The translations under genes and the position numbers were made by a program. The notes beneath the pieces were generated by a model that ran no database searches, had not been told where the DNA came from, and worked only from the letters and a program-made list of their open reading frames with translations. Source: the human T2T-CHM13v2.0 reference genome, Homo sapiens. Taken from it: DNA of 64,000 nucleotides. This document shows positions 1 through 15,354 of this stretch, piece after piece. The stretch lies in the NCBI RefSeq assembly GCF_009914755.1, contig NC_060933.1; one strand, written 5' to 3'. Position 1 is the first letter of the stretch, and each line of letters starts with the position of its first letter.

Positions 1-2762
1 AAAAATATTACTGACATATGTGACATGCAGGACAAGAAACTCTGAGTCCCAGAGGAACATCTTTCTCTACTTGGAGTTAATATGCTTTCAGATGTGTATG
101 AAAAAGTTTTTATTTTGAAATCTTTTAAAATATCTTTTCCATTGCATCTCTTTTCTCCATTTTTTAGTGACTTGGGATTGCAGAATTATTTGGCTTGCTG
201 AGTCAGTGGAAATGGGCATACTAATTCGTTTTTGTAAATGAATTTTCTGCATTCAAGCCTGCTGGGTCAAGGTGCTGGGTCTCCCCTCAGGAGTTTCCTA
301 CAATCCATATGCACTGAGCTTCACTCTCTAATCATGAATGTTCCCCTATCCTGTTCTTCCAGAGTTGGCATTGCTCAGAAAAGCACCATTGCTTTATATT
401 TTCTTCTTGAGCATCAGAATTGGCAAGAGTAGCCTCTAATGCAATTGTTAGTCCCTGAGTGCCAATGGGTAAACCTCTCCAAAGCCTTTTAAATTAATCG
501 AGAAGACAAAATGCTAGTAAGTCAATATTCTGAACAAGCAAGGGAAATTTGTATACTAAGCATCCTTCAATCTGCAAAACTGGGTCTAACAAGTAGAACA
601 TTAGCAGGAAATGTGGCTTGGTTTGAAGGTAATATTGGATGACATGGTTGGTATGACCAAGTCACAATGAAATATAATCAAAAGAAAGTTGTTGAAAATT
701 GTTTCTCTACTTCACTTTGGTGGAACACCATTGTACAGAGCACATTCAAAATTAAGAACCTTGTGTGTATTTAGCTTAATTAAATATTTAATCAAATGTC
801 ATCTACCTATTATTTCCACTCTACAATTTTCCATAACACCTGGAAGAGTTAGCTAATTTTTAACATTTCTGTTGACTTTCTCAAAATTGAACATTATTGT
901 TTTATGCTTCTATCTCTGGTTGTCACAGAATGTCTCCCTCTCTCATCACCTTCAGCTTTGTAGGAAAATCCAACTGGAATTAGTAATCACTCACAGCATT
1001 TAAAAACTCGGCTGACCTGAATGAGATGCTCAGGAAATATCCAAGTTGAAAAATAAAATTGCTATGCATTGTTGTGATTTTCACATATTTCCACTTCACT
1101 CCTGGCAACTATTTCTCATTCTTAATCAGAAGGAAAATGTGAGCAGATATGTAAGACAGTGGAACAGGGACCAGGCACTAGGTAGAGGCCATTTAATTAA
1201 AAAGCGTAAAATAAATAGACTGTAAAATTCAGCTAGTCTTGTACAAAAACAGTCTGCTTGGCAGAACTCAGTGATGATTTAGATTAACATGTAAATTTCT
1301 GGAAAAGAGAAATCAGCTATGGGTCTTATTAGCTTTGTTTTTACTTTTAATATTTTTAGGTTCTACATTACAAGTTAAGTAAAATTTTTTAAAAGGAGGA
1401 AAGGAAGAAAGAGAGAACAGTAAGAAATAAGTCAGTCATATGAGTGAATTATGGCAGATTGCAATCAAAGAATCTTATTCTGGTTGGCTTGTCTAGTATT
1501 AAATAGATAACAGCATATTTTTCCATAATATGTCAAATTGCTTCAATAGTGATTAGGACTACGAAATGTCTGGGCTGTGGCTTCAAAATAGTTTGAGTCA
1601 GATTTATAATAACAAAGAAGCAATGTCCTGGAGAGGAATTTTGTTGTTTGCTAGGGGGCACTGTGAGGCTGTCTTTGCCTTGTTTGCTCTTTTGAGTTGT
1701 TAGTGGTTGGTCCATTTTAATTATCTGTGTTTCTGTGAAAGATGAAGTATTACATTGTTAATTACGGAGTTTTCAGCTTCATAATGGATTTTGTCTAACT
1801 ACTTTTGACTCTGCATGTTGCCTGTGCCCTTCACATTCTAGGTTTTCTGGAGGGATTTGGGTAAATTGGAAACAATAGATTATCATGGAAGTGTAATGTA
1901 GAAAATAACTAAATCCTGCCTCCACAATGAAGAATATACTTAGTTTTCCCCTAAAATAGCTAGGCCTAAGAACAGCACAACATTTGGAGTTGAGTCTTTG
2001 AATCTTGGCATTTCTATACTGTGAAGTATCCCTTCTGTTTGAAGTAAATGAGGGAATTTCTAAAGCAAGGTGCTGTCCTCCCCTATTACCAGCAGGGCCT
2101 GGTTCACCTGTGATCACAGTATGATTAAATAATAATTTTAAAAAGCTCTGGGGACAGGACAGTCCCATCAGTCTTGGTTCAGAGGTTTTAATTTTCTAGG
2201 GGGAAAAGAAGGTAGTTCTAAAGCCACTGCTGCTTGCACATCAGAACAGCAAAATCAAGTCAATTTCAGCTTCCTCTGATGCCATTTGTACATAGTAGAG
2301 TTCTCTTGACTAAATTGCATTTGATATTTTCATGGTCCAGGTAAAGCCACTCAACAGTTAAATTATTTCATCCAAATTCTCAGAAATTAAGAGAACAACT
2401 TTCACTGTAAATGTTCCAACAACAAATAGAGAACATTCACAAAGTCAACAGAAAGATGGAGAGCTCCCAGCTTGACTATCTGTAATGATTTCAGACATAT
2501 ATCACCTCATTTCAAGCTATGGAGGGATAAATTAGTAGTCTGCTTGCAGGTTAAAGCAGCAGTTAATAGATTTTGCAAGGGGAAGGGTCATCCAGATGGC
2601 GTATATTGCTAAGAATTAGAGCAATCCTTCTCAAACCTTTAACCTTAAACCCACTTCATTTCCAGGTAGCCTAATTCTTAGGGTAGCCACTCAGTGATGA
2701 CCAATAGACATGTCTACAAGGCGTGGTAGAGGCTGATTCAGATTAAGATTTGAGTGGGTAAT

Positions 2763-3582
2763 TGTTACCAACTCAGTATACCCATTTCTTACTTCTTACT
2801 AACATAATCCTAATTTAATTGAATGTGTCAATTGCCCAGCTAAAAGTCTATTTCTTTTTCTTTCTTTCTTTCTTTTTAAACGGAGTTCTGCTCTTGTTAC
2901 CCAGGCTGGAGTGCAATGGCATCTCGGCTCACTGCAACCTCCGCCTCCTGAGTTCGAGCGATTCTCCTGCCTCAGCCTCCTGAGTAGCTGGGATTACAGG
3001 AACCCGCCACTACACCCAGCTAACTGTTGTATTTTTAGTAGAGACAGGGTTTCACCATGCTGGACAGGTTGGTCTCAAACTCCTGACCTCAGGTGATTCA
3101 CCTGCCTCAGCCTCCCAAAGTGCTGGGATTACAGGCGTGAGCCACTGTGCCCGGCCCTAAAAGTCTGTTTCTACAACTTTCCTTGGATCTAAGTTTTCCC
3201 GTGTGAAACAATTCTGACCAATAGATTTAAGAGAAAGTTTTTCATTAATGCTTCCAAGAAATCATCTAAAATGGGCCAAATTTGGATAGATTGTTTCTTA
3301 GCTTTTTGTCTTTTCCAGTCTCCCCTATTTCTGGAACATAGAATGACTGATGAAGAATTTTGTGACAGTGAGGTTACAAGCATATGGGTGGGATGGCTAA
3401 GCACTGTGATAGAAAGAGTCATGTTCTTGGTGATATCGTAGTCTCATGCCAGCACTACGCTACCTAACCCACTCTAGACTTCTCATCACGTGATAGTAAA
3501 ACCCTTGCCCCTGCCTTACATGAACCACTGATATTTTATTTTTCCTTTACTGCAGTTGAATTAAATTCTTATCTGATATACA
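2763..3582 (+). mobile_element. MLT1 (MaLR) solo LTR, MLT1J/K-like, interrupted by an Alu
   Basis: MLT1-type blocks ccatttcttacttcttactaac, gcccagctaaaag and ttctgaccaatagat; end tgcagttgaa...ctgatataca. Boundaries approximate. Confidence 0.65.
2855..3156 (-). mobile_element. AluS (Sq/Sp-like), full length
   Basis: Antisense dimeric Alu ending ccggcc at 3156; 15-bp TSD ctaaaagtct(a/g)tttc at 2840-2854 and 3157-3171. Confidence 0.95.
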
Positions 3583-3874
3583 CGTTATAGTAAAGATATA
3601 AGCAATTGACACAACAAAGAGTAAACAAATTTGTTAAAAGTGTTTAAAATTTTTTTTGTTATTTTCTTTTGAAAATTTAAATATTTTATATTTTATACAA
3701 CTTTTTTATAAAACATATTTTAGGCAAAATTCATGATGATCCAGGAAGTGCTTTGGCCACTGGCTTCTCATAACACATCATGCCACTGTTATCTTCTGTA
3801 TGGGAAATACAACATTGGAACAAAGTCCAGGAAACATGCCACAACACACATCCTCTGACAATGCTAGGAGTAGG

Positions 3875-4000
3875 TTGAAACTTTAGTTTTCTCATCTGTA
3901 AAGTGTGAACAAAATACTAAGAACTTCTCATTGTAGTGAGAAATAAATAAGATAAAGCTAACTTACCTAACACCATGCCTTACATATAGTAGACACCCAA
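3875..4000 (+). mobile_element. MIR fragment
   Basis: MIR core tttctcatctgtaaa...gtgagaaataaataagataa...catatagtagacaccc. Confidence 0.65.
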
Positions 4001-4149
4001 CTCTTTATAAAAAAAAACATATATTTCATATATAAATTTGCATGCCATTATATTGCATATAAAACATTACAAATATAGACTTTATTACAGAAGATAGCAT
4101 CATATTCCACATTCATATATATGATGTATACTAAAATATTCTTTTTGAT

Positions 4150-4260
4150 ATTTATGAACAATAGACTACTTTTTGTCAGGCACTGTCCTGTAAGTAAGTA
4201 AATGCAGTGATGAACAAGATGAATCTGGCCTCTGTCTTAAGAAAGTTACAGTCCTTCCTG
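4150..4260 (-). mobile_element. L2 3' fragment
   Basis: ctactttttgtcaggcactgtcct...cagtgatgaacaag...ctctgtcttaagaaagttacagtc, typical of the antisense L2 3' end. Confidence 0.55.
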
Positions 4261-4699
4261 CTACAGAGAAGATATCCTTGAATGTGTAATATTGTAAGAG
4301 TGCTTATCAAAGGATTTGAGTTAAAATGAGAATTGATTCTCATAAATGGAGAAAAATTGGAAAAGGCAATTTGTATAATTATTTTACAAAGGGTCAGTTG
4401 CCAATAATTCCAAGATCTATCCCCATTCTTCACCACGTCTATCATAACACAGATAATAGCAGAGATGATAATCTGCCTGTGAATTGTGTCTAAGGTAGGT
4501 CTCCAGCATGCCTTGGGGACATCACCACAAGACAGCTGTCCTAAGAAGTGGGCCTCCTGGACATGAAATTATTTATAGTCCAGAAACTCTATGTCGAAAG
4601 CACTCATGTCATCTGAACAGTGTGGCCACAGCTTTCAAAAATTTCCCAAGTTTTTCTTAAAAATAAAAATAGGGTCTTACAAAGAGGAGACATGGAATT

Positions 4700-5102
4700 A
4701 ATGATTAATATAGTCATCAAATATTTTCCAGCTCTCTGCCTTCCAAGCATATGTAGGGTTGCATTCTCTGGCACTCTTGTGTCTGAAGGTTCTATGTAGT
4801 TAGTTTGGGCCAATGAGTTATGCCTGGAAATGATATAGGTCACCCCCAGGCTATGGTATTTAGTAGCTAATATGAGACACTGAAAAGCTCTTTTTTCTCT
4901 AGCACTATGGCCTTTGATGTTCAGGAGGAAGGCTTTCTCCATCAGCCCGAATTTCTGAGTGACAGTGATGAACAGAGTGCCCCTGCCTATCCATGAATGG
5001 ACAAGTAACATAAGCAAGAAAAAAACTTTGTAGATTGAGGCTATGTGGTTTCCATAGTTATTTGTGAATGTAGCATTACTTACATTTATCTTATCTAATA
5101 AT
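4700..5102 (+). mobile_element. MLT1 (MLT1I/J-like) LTR
   Basis: gggccaatgag, ctccatcagccc...ctgagtgac...gaacagag, gcaagaaaaaaacttt, ending atcttatctaataa. Confidence 0.65.
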
Positions 5103-5109
5103 GGTCATT

Positions 5110-5875
5110 CGATCCAGAACAACCTTGAATTTCCATTGTTCCCACCCTCCATATTCAAATCTTCCTCAAATTATGATAATACATTTTTAATCTGCCCTCT
5201 GCCTAGTCCAGGTGGTCAGCATCTCTTCCCTGGCTCTTTGCTAATCTTCAGATAAAGTCGTCTTTTTTCCCTCTTTTGACTCTCTAAGTTACTTGCCATT
5301 TAGCAACAAAAGTGATTTTTTTAAAAAAATAAAACTAATCAGTCGCTCCCACTGTAGTTGGCGTAAAATCAGAATTATTTTAAAAAGTCTAGAAGGTCAT
5401 TAAGACTCACTCTGTACAACTGTCCCCCTAACTTTACTGTGGTTTTTGATCATTTCATTCATTAAAAACATATTTTTCTTTTTTCTTGACTTAGCGCCAT
5501 TGCTTAAAATCTTTTACCTTCTTGAATTTTCTTCTCTGCTGTTTAATTGTTAGCCTCTTCTCCTTAAGGTCTGAGCTCTATGAAACCTTCTCAAAATGCT
5601 CCCCTGATCTCCTGTCTACAACACCCCTCCTTCTTCAACATTCACACACACTCATACAAGCATTACTCTATTCTATTGTATTGCCGTTTGTGAAGTTTTT
5701 AAGGAATAAAACAAATGTATTTGTTACATATTTTTTTGTGCCCTGCCCCCACTAGAACATAAGCCCTATCGTGGCAGGGACTATGCGTCTTTCATGCAAG
5801 ATGACAACCCAAGTGAGTACCAGTGCCCGCCAAAATGTAGATATTTAAGGAATTTCTGTTGAGTGAAAGAGTGAA
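5110..5875 (+). mobile_element. L2 3' portion
   Basis: cactagaacataagccc...gcagggactatg...cagtgccc...tgttgagtgaaagagtga, the L2 3' terminus. Confidence 0.6.
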
Positions 5876-6081
5876 GACTAAAATAAAGGAAAAAAATTTG
5901 ACCCTCCTGAATAATTAAAAAGTAACTTTTATACTAATGAGAAAATTTAAGGCAGAAATGAGCTTCTTTTAATTTTAATTCAAAGTGCCACAAACCAAGT
6001 GTATGTACTTAAAGAAGTAAATCATACCAACTGAACCTGTGTTAAGTGCTAGGAGCAATCTAAATTTAAAAAACTAAGAAG

Positions 6082-6420
<339 letters not shown>

Positions 6421-6937
6421 CTAAGCTCATGAACTTTAAAATTGATTACATAAATCTATAATTATCAATAGAAATTAAATTTCCTTTTTGACACACAAAG
6501 CTTGAAATCCTTAGCCATCAAACAGAAGGCAAGTCTCATTTGTAGGACTTTATAAGTCACCTGCTGCCAAAACACAGAGATTGGCTGTGTTTCAGACCTA
6601 GAAAAGGCAAAGCATATAACCGATTTACAAAGACAAATAATTTAGGATGTTCCATAAATGAAGAAAGTACTTTGTTTTGACTTTGATCTAAATTTGATAT
6701 GGTAGACAACAAAAACAAATAAAAAGGGCCAATGTAACAAAATATAAATAAATATTTAGAAGATGTTAAAAAGCCATTTGACAATTACTTTATACAGTAT
6801 CTGGGAGTTTACAAAATTGTCATATGGAAATATTAATTTTGTGTTTATTGAAGCTGCTGAAATAGAAAGGGACTTTTGATTGAACACCCCTTTCTGATTA
6901 ATAGGGAGGTAGTTTAGAGGCCATGAAGTTTAATTAA

Positions 6938-7135
6938 AAATGGCACTAGATGGAAAGTCAAGAGAGCTAGCTGTAATCACAGTTCAATCTTAAGCATATG
7001 ACCTTAAGAAATGCATTTTCTCAGGTCTTGGTTTACTCAAAAGAAAATAAAGATAATAACATTTACACCACAGGTATTCAATGAAGACTGAATCAGAAAA
7101 TATTTGTAAAAGTTGCTAGCAGAGGACTTAGCTTG
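6938..7135 (+). mobile_element. MIR
   Basis: tgaccttaagaaat...tcttggtttactc...ataataac...gaagactgaatcagaaaat follows MIR core order. Confidence 0.55.
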
Positions 7136-7476
7136 CAGAAAATATTTCAAAAATATTGATTTCCTTGGTATGTGTAGTACTATGAGGAATAGGGCACAAT
7201 CTAATTCTTTTTTTTTAGGTAACATATATTGGACAAGCAGAATTACAGGGCATGCTAGGACCTCCCAATAGCACTGGACAAAGAAAAAAGAGAGGTAGGG
7301 CAAGGTTGAAAGTCTGGCAACTGAAGAGCAATAACTTACTGCAACTGCTGGTTGTAAAAAGGTCATGATGAATTCATACTTCATTCAGGCAAGTGCTCAT
7401 ACGTAAGGGACTCTCCTCAAGTGAACTGGGCAGGCTGGCCAGGGATCCCAGGCGATAATCAAGGTCAAAGACTATT

Positions 7477-8478
<1,002 letters not shown>

Positions 8479-8619
8479 CTAGGTGAGCAACACATTCAGA
8501 AGAGGTCCAGTCCAGTGACTAAGCAGCTGGTGAAAATACAGAGAAGGCTTGTAACAGCTGGGGGCAGAGGATTACAAATGGGCCCCTTTCCCAGAAGAAA
8601 AGGGGCACTTTGAAGTCAA

Positions 8620-8810
8620 ATTTAAAATTGTTGAATTAAAGTGTTTATATATTTGTAATTCTAATAGATGTTGCCAACTTTATCTCCTTAGGGATTTTAA
8701 GAATTCACACTTCTATCAACAATGTATAAAACTGCCTTTTTGCTCTAAATTGTCAAAGCAACATGGTATGTTCTCAAACTTTTAGATGTTTGCTAATGTG
8801 ATAGTGACAA
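8620..8810 (-). mobile_element. Ancient L1ME-like fragment
   Basis: atagatgttgccaa...cacacttctatcaacaatgtata resembles the antisense old-L1 ORF2 end. Confidence 0.5.
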
Positions 8811-9769
8811 CTCCTGTGTTTTGATAATCTATTCATTTGCTGAATGGTATGATAGCCCAGGTTTTAGTTTTTCTCACTTTTAATATTTCATTTGGACATA
8901 CTTAGGAATTGTTGAGAAATATGAACTTCAAGGTCACTGTAGGAGCACAAGTGGCAGAGAAAAGAAATTGTAGACTCTGCATTAAAAAATGACTTCAAAA
9001 TGTATTTACACAATCATTTGTTTAGCTACCTTCTTCTGTAAAAGGAATTGCAGAATTTATTAAAAATTGTATAAAGTGCAGGCGATTTAATATAAGATCT
9101 ATTTTAAAAATTGTAAACTGTTTTAAAGTGATTGGGCAGATACATGTGTGTGTATTTCATGTTAAAATGCTTTTTCCCATTTGTGTGTTCTTTTGGAGTT
9201 AAGATGTGTAAATTCATTAATACAGAACAAGTTATATCCTGGACATTCTAGGTAAGCAATGCAAAATGCATTTACTGTTTGAGTGTAGTTAAATTGATAA
9301 ATTAGATTGCTATACCAATAACTTTGGTTCCTTTTAGGTTTTCATAGTAGGCTCTAATTCCAGTTTCTTTCAGGATATCTTTGTCTAAAGCTTTTGGAAA
9401 TGCTGAATGCAAATAGAATTTCTAGAGGTGACAGTTTTACCTGGTTTTAATCCTTTCTTTCCAACTTATTCTGTCATTGAAAACAAGATTAAGGAAACAC
9501 ATTTCTTTCCTGTTATCTATTATTTCCCATTATCTAAAATAACTAAAAATTCACTTTTACTTTCATTCTCCTCCTTTACTCTTGGAAAAATTGCACACCC
9601 CCAACTTGCCTGAAAATTTAGCTTTGTCTTTCAAGTCAAGGTAGGAAAAATAAAAAAGCAAAAAAACCATATCCCAACTTAATTTTATGCCTGATCTTCT
9701 ACAAAGCTGGTTGGTCTCCTGGTGCCTGAGTCTGTTTTGAATTTCTTTCACTACACTCTCTTTTACTTC

Positions 9770-9960
9770 AAGGTACTTACCACAAATTGTAATTTTATAC
9801 TTTCGTATACATTTCTTTTTCTTAAAGATTGTCTTCTTACCACTAGACTACAAATCCTATCCAGTTAGAGAACATATTTGTTTTATTCACCACCATATAC
9901 CAATTCCAAAAATTGTACTTAGCCTGCAGTAGTTATTAAAAATATTTATTGAATGAATAC
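9770..9960 (+). mobile_element. L2 3' end
   Basis: cactagactacaaatcc...ttttattcaccac...agtagttattaaaaatatttattgaatgaat. Confidence 0.65.
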
Positions 9961-10410
9961 TTTCTTGTACGGTTGAATATATTTAAGCCCCTTCTAAGAA
10001 CAGATTATTTGCTGTATCATGAATGTTTTAGTACAAAGTCCTTCTACACAGTCTCTCTGTTTTTTAAAATATGTTTAAAATATATCTTTAATACACAATA
10101 ATTTTTGTCTTCTCTGGACCGAAATGGTCTCCTGAGTTTTACTTTTTCATATTAGATAATTTTCACATTAATTGGAAAGCAGTAAAACCAAATATTAATT
10201 TTTGAGTCCCTTAAGGATAAGAAAATACTTTTATTCTTCCAATAGAGCTATTGATAATAACATAAAGCAATGTTTTAGTTCAATAAGTTTCTCTGACTGC
10301 CCAGTAAATGCAATCATTATTTTGGGGTACTTTTAGATATGCAATGAAAACACAGTATAAGCACCTATATTAGAAACTCATTGTCTAATAGGTTATAACA
10401 ATCTGAGGGT

Positions 10411-10880
10411 TGTGACAATTATCAATTCCCCCAAAGGCCAGAAAATCCAGTTAATTTGGCAGAGTTAAGTTTATTAGACCTACTGCAGCAAGGGGAAATA
10501 AAATCTTGATAGAGTAGCACCTCAGAAGAGGATACTCAACAGCAGGGAGATATTTATATGATTTTAGGGTCTGAAAAGAGTAATTTTAAGGTGAGATTTG
10601 CAAGGAGGGGAGTAGGTAGGGACTTGTCAGAGTTTATGACGTAATGACTTTGGACTGGAGTGAGGGTCTTGCAGTGAGGCATGACAAGCAATCTGTCAGT
10701 CTTGGTATATAAGCTATCCTAGTTTGTTCACATCCTTATTTCCTAGAGCAAATACTCAAGTTTACTTTGTTTATTCTCAGTATTGTTGAGTAGAGTCACA
10801 GATGTATGCTCAGTCCCAGCATTGTTTAACACAGAACAGAAAATTATTTTGTTATCTTGTTTCAGTCCCTTATTTCCTTA
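10411..10880. mobile_element. Probable old ERV(L) solo LTR, family not resolved
   Basis: Begins TG (tgtgacaattatc); LTR-like blocks aagtttattagacctactgcagcaaggg and gtagcacctc. Recognition only. Confidence 0.35.
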
Positions 10881-11285
10881 CTCATCTCCCTTTTCTGCAT
10901 TGCTGTTTGATATCTCACAGTCATGTATAAAGTTTCTGATGATAATCATTTCAACTTCTTTAAGTTTCACATTTTCTCCCATTTTTGTTGGAAGACAATT
11001 TATTGTATTTTTTGTTTGATGGAACTGCAGATATCAAACAACATTTGAGACTCTGGAGATTACACATCTAAGGCCTGCATCATAAATAAATAGTAATATG
11101 AATCATTATTATCAGGAGTTTAGTTCACTACTTACCAAGCAATAAAGACTCCTCAAATTAAACCTTGAGAATAGATGAAATTTCCCATCCAAATGGTCTG
11201 TAAAACTATATATTGGGCCATTAACCAGACTACCTAAACTCAAAAATCTTTCATCTCTCAAATCCTTTTAGTAATATTGAAAATG

Positions 11286-14107
11286 CTGACCCCACAGAAA
11301 TAAAACCATCAGAGAAAACTATAAACACCTCTATGCAAAGAAATTAGAAAATCTAGAAGTGGATAAATCCCTGGACACATACACCTCCCAAGACTAAACC
11401 AGGAAGAAGATAAATGCCTCAATAGACCAATAACAAGTTCCGAAATCAAGGCAGTAATAAATAACCTATCAACCAAACAAACAAACAAACAAAAAAACCC
11501 AGGACCAGATGAATTCATAGCAGAATTCTACCAGAGGTACAAAGAGGACCTGGTACCATTCCTTCTGAAACTATTCCAAACAATTGAAGAGGAGAAACTT
11601 CTCCCTAACTCATTTTATGAGGCCAGCAACAACCTGATACCAAAACCTGGCACAGATCCAACAAAAAAGAAAACATTAGGCCAATATCTGTGATGAACAT
11701 TGATACAAAAATCCTCAATAAAATACTGGCAAACCTAATTCAGCAGAACATCAAAAAACTTATCCACCATGACCAAGTTGGCTTCACCCCTGGGATGCAA
11801 GGCTGGTTCAACATACACGAATCAATAAACGTAGTTTGTCACATAAACAAAACTAAGGACAAAAACCACATAATTATCTCAATAGAAACAAAAAAGGCCT
11901 TCAGTAAAATTCAATATCCTTTCATGTTAAACACTCTCAATAACCTAGCTATTGATGGAACATATCTCAAAATAATAAGAGCCACCTATGACAACCCACA
12001 GCCAATATCCTACTGAATGGGCAAAAGCTGGAAGCATCATTCCCCCCTGAAACTGGCACAAGACAAGGATGCCCACTCTCACCACTCCTATTCAGCATAG
12101 TAGTGGAAATTCTGGCCAGGACAATCAGGAGAGGGAAAGAAATAAAGTGTATTTAAACAGGAAGAGAGGAAATCAAACTGTCTGTTAGTAGAAGACATGA
12201 TCCTATACTTAGAAAACTCCATCATCTCAGCTCACAAGCTCCTTAAGCTGACTAGCAACTGCAGCAAAGTCTCAGGATACAAAATCAATGTGCAAAAATC
12301 ACAAGCATTCCTATATACCAACAATAAACAAGCAGAGAGCCAAACTGTGAATGAACTCCCATTCACAATTGCTACAAAAAGAACAAAATACCTAGGAATA
12401 CAGTTAACAAGGGAAGTGAAGGATCTCTTTAAGGAGAACTACAAAACACTTCTCAAGGAAATAAGAGAGAACACAAACAAATGGAAAAACATTGCATCCT
12501 CATGGATAGGAAGAAAAAATAGTGAAAATGGACATACAGTCTGAAGTAATTTATAGATTCAATGCTATTCCCATTAAACTACCATTGACATTTTTCACAG
12601 AAAAAAACTAAAATTCATATGGAACCAAAAAAAAAAGCCTCTATAGCCAAGAGAACCCGAAGCAAAAAGAACAAAGCTGGAGGCATTATGCTACCTGACT
12701 TCAAACTATACTACAAGGCTACAGTAACCAAAACAGCATGGTACTGGTATAAAAACAGACACATAGACCAATGAAACAGATTAGAGATCTCAGAAACAAG
12801 ACCAGACATCTACAACCATCTTATCTTCAACAAACCTGACAAAAACAAGCAATGGAAAAAGGATTTTCTATTTAATAAATGGTGCTGGGAAAACTGGCTA
12901 GCCAGATGCAGAAAATTGAAACTGGACCCCTTCCTTATACCTTATACAAAAATTAACTCAAGATGGATTAAATACTTAAATGTGAAACCCAAAACTATAA
13001 AAACCCTAGAAGAAAAGCTAGATAATACCATTCATGACATAGGCACGGGCAAAGATTTCATGACAAAAACACCAAAAGCAAGTGCAACAAAAGTCAAAAT
13101 TGACAAATGGGATCAAACTAAACTAAAGAGCTTCTGCACAGCAAAAGAAATTATCAGAGTGAACTGACAACCTATAGAATGGGAGAAAATTTTTGCAATC
13201 TAGCCATTTGACAAAGATCTAATATCAAGAATCTACAAGGAACTTAGACAAATTTACAAGATAAAAACAACCCCATCAAAAAGTGGGCAAAGGACATGAA
13301 TAGACACTTCTCAAAAGAAGACATTTATGTGTCCAACAAACCTACGAAAAAAAGCTCAACGTCACTGATCCTGAGAAATGCAAATCAAAACTACAATAAG
13401 ATACCATCTCACACAGAATGGCAATTATTAAAAAGTCATGAAACAACAGATGCTGGTGAGGCTGTGGAGAAATAGGAATGCTTTTACACAGTTTGTGGGA
13501 GGGTAAATTAGTCCACCCATTGTGGAAGACAATGTGGCAATTCCTCAGAGATCTAGAACCAGAAATATCATTTGACCCATCAGTCCCATTAATGGTTATA
13601 TACCCAAAGGAATATAAATTGTTCTATTTTAAAGATACATGCATGTATATCTTCATTGCAGCACTACACAATAGCAAAGACGTGGAACCAACTTAAATGC
13701 CCATCAATGATAGACTGGATACAGAAAATGTTATACACATACACAATGGAATAGTATGCAGCCATAAAAAGGAATGAGATCATGTTCTTTGAGGGGACAT
13801 ATTTAGAGCTGGGAGCCATTATCCTCAGCAGACTAACATAGGAACAGAAAATCAAACACCACATGTTCCACTTATAATTGGGAGCTGAACAATGAGAAAG
13901 CATGGACAAAGGGAGGGGAACAACACACACTGGGGCCTGTTGGGGGTGTAGCAGGGGAAGAGCATTAAGGAAAATAGTTAATGCATACAGGGCTTAATAC
14001 CTAGGTGATGGGTTGATAGGTGCGGCAAACCACCATGGCACACATTTACGTATGTAACCTGCACGTCCTGCACATGTATCCCAGAACTTTAAAAAAATAA
14101 AAAAAAA
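11286..14107 (+). mobile_element. L1PA (about L1PA8A-13), 5'-truncated, 2.8 kb; dead ORF2 RT and C-terminus
   Basis: ORF fragments 11690-13696 are L1 ORF2 ([39 protein letters not shown]); the FADD motif is degraded to LVED near 12185; G-rich 3'UTR and A tail. Confidence 0.95.
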
Positions 14108-14519
14108 GATCTCTGTGATTTAAGCACAACGTTCTTCCCCTATATATTCTCCTGAGACCAGTATGACATGTAAAGTGTCCTTATTTTAAACCACCACATG
14201 TTCAATTTCAAGAACCTCTCAAGAAGTTTGCCTAGTTTTCCTGATATTTTCTGGACCGTAGCATGTAGTATTCTCTCTACTCTTGTGCCTTATATAAAAT
14301 TTAAAATAAAAAGCCTTAGGAATAGAAGTAAAATGGAGTTTTTAAATTCAAATCAGGGCTCATTTTTTCTCTTCTCTTTTTCTTTTCTCTTTTTCTCTTA
14401 ATTTCTTAAATTCACCTGAAGATCTCTTTTCCCAAAAAGGGAAAACAATGAGTCAAAATGGGATGGGTGATATCAGGCATGATCCTGAAGGCACATTCTT
14501 GTCCACTTCGTGGTTAACA

Positions 14520-14633
14520 ATCAATAGGATCTTGCAAAACAAAACAGGATCTTCGCAAGATCCTATTGATACCTATATGATACTCAATAGGATACCTCAA
14601 TAGGTATCAATAGAAGCTTGCAAAACAAATCAG
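14520..14633. repeat. Cluster of short direct and inverted copies of an atcaatagg motif
   Basis: Perfect 16-bp inverted repeat 14520-14535/14555-14570; perfect 14-bp inverted repeat 14563-14576/14600-14613; 28-bp imperfect direct repeat at the two ends. Confidence 0.9.
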
Positions 14634-15354
14634 ACAAAGCTGTTTGTAGCCATGCAGTGATCTGTTTTCAGACAACATAATCCAATGAGTTTATTAAATG
14701 CTGTAGTATAGTTTTGGCCCCACTAATGAAGAATGTTCTGAAACCACATCATGAAATTTGTAGCATTAATATAATAATATAATCAAATGGATTGACAGCT
14801 AAAGGGCTTGTGGTTGAGTCTAAGTAATGTGCCCAATAGTGACATAGCCTCTTCATATACACCACTGTTTCCTTGCTGTTTTCCAAAATACATTTCTATG
14901 ATTTTTTTTGTTTAAAATGTTATTTCCTATGTGAGGTTTTTGAGTGTTGTGTCTGTGGATACAAGAATCTAATTTTCTAGCTATGATATAATAGTGAATG
15001 TTAATTTCTGACTAGGTGTGTTTGTCATCTAAATAGTTTCTGAGCAGTTGAGACCAATTACCCAGTTAATTGACTTATTTTAAGGTATTGGTATCACAGA
15101 AAGCTAAACCATCAACTAAAAGAAAGTAAATAAAATTAAGTAGTCAGTTTGAGTTCATATTTTAGCCACACCTCGGCACGTTTTAGCCAACTATTGCACT
15201 TATATTAAGGAGTAACTAAAGATGCGATAGTAATGTCAAGAGTAGAGAATACATAGGGGTATCATAGTTAAGAAATAAAGAATAAAAATTAAATAGCCAT
15301 CTAGAACCTTAAACTAAAAACAAGAAAAGTAAATAATAACTGGGGTAATATAAT

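Noticed and set aside
14520-14633. CRISPR-like or MITE interpretation of the short repeats
   Set aside because: No regular repeat-spacer period, no terminal inverted repeats with TSD, and the context is primate DNA.
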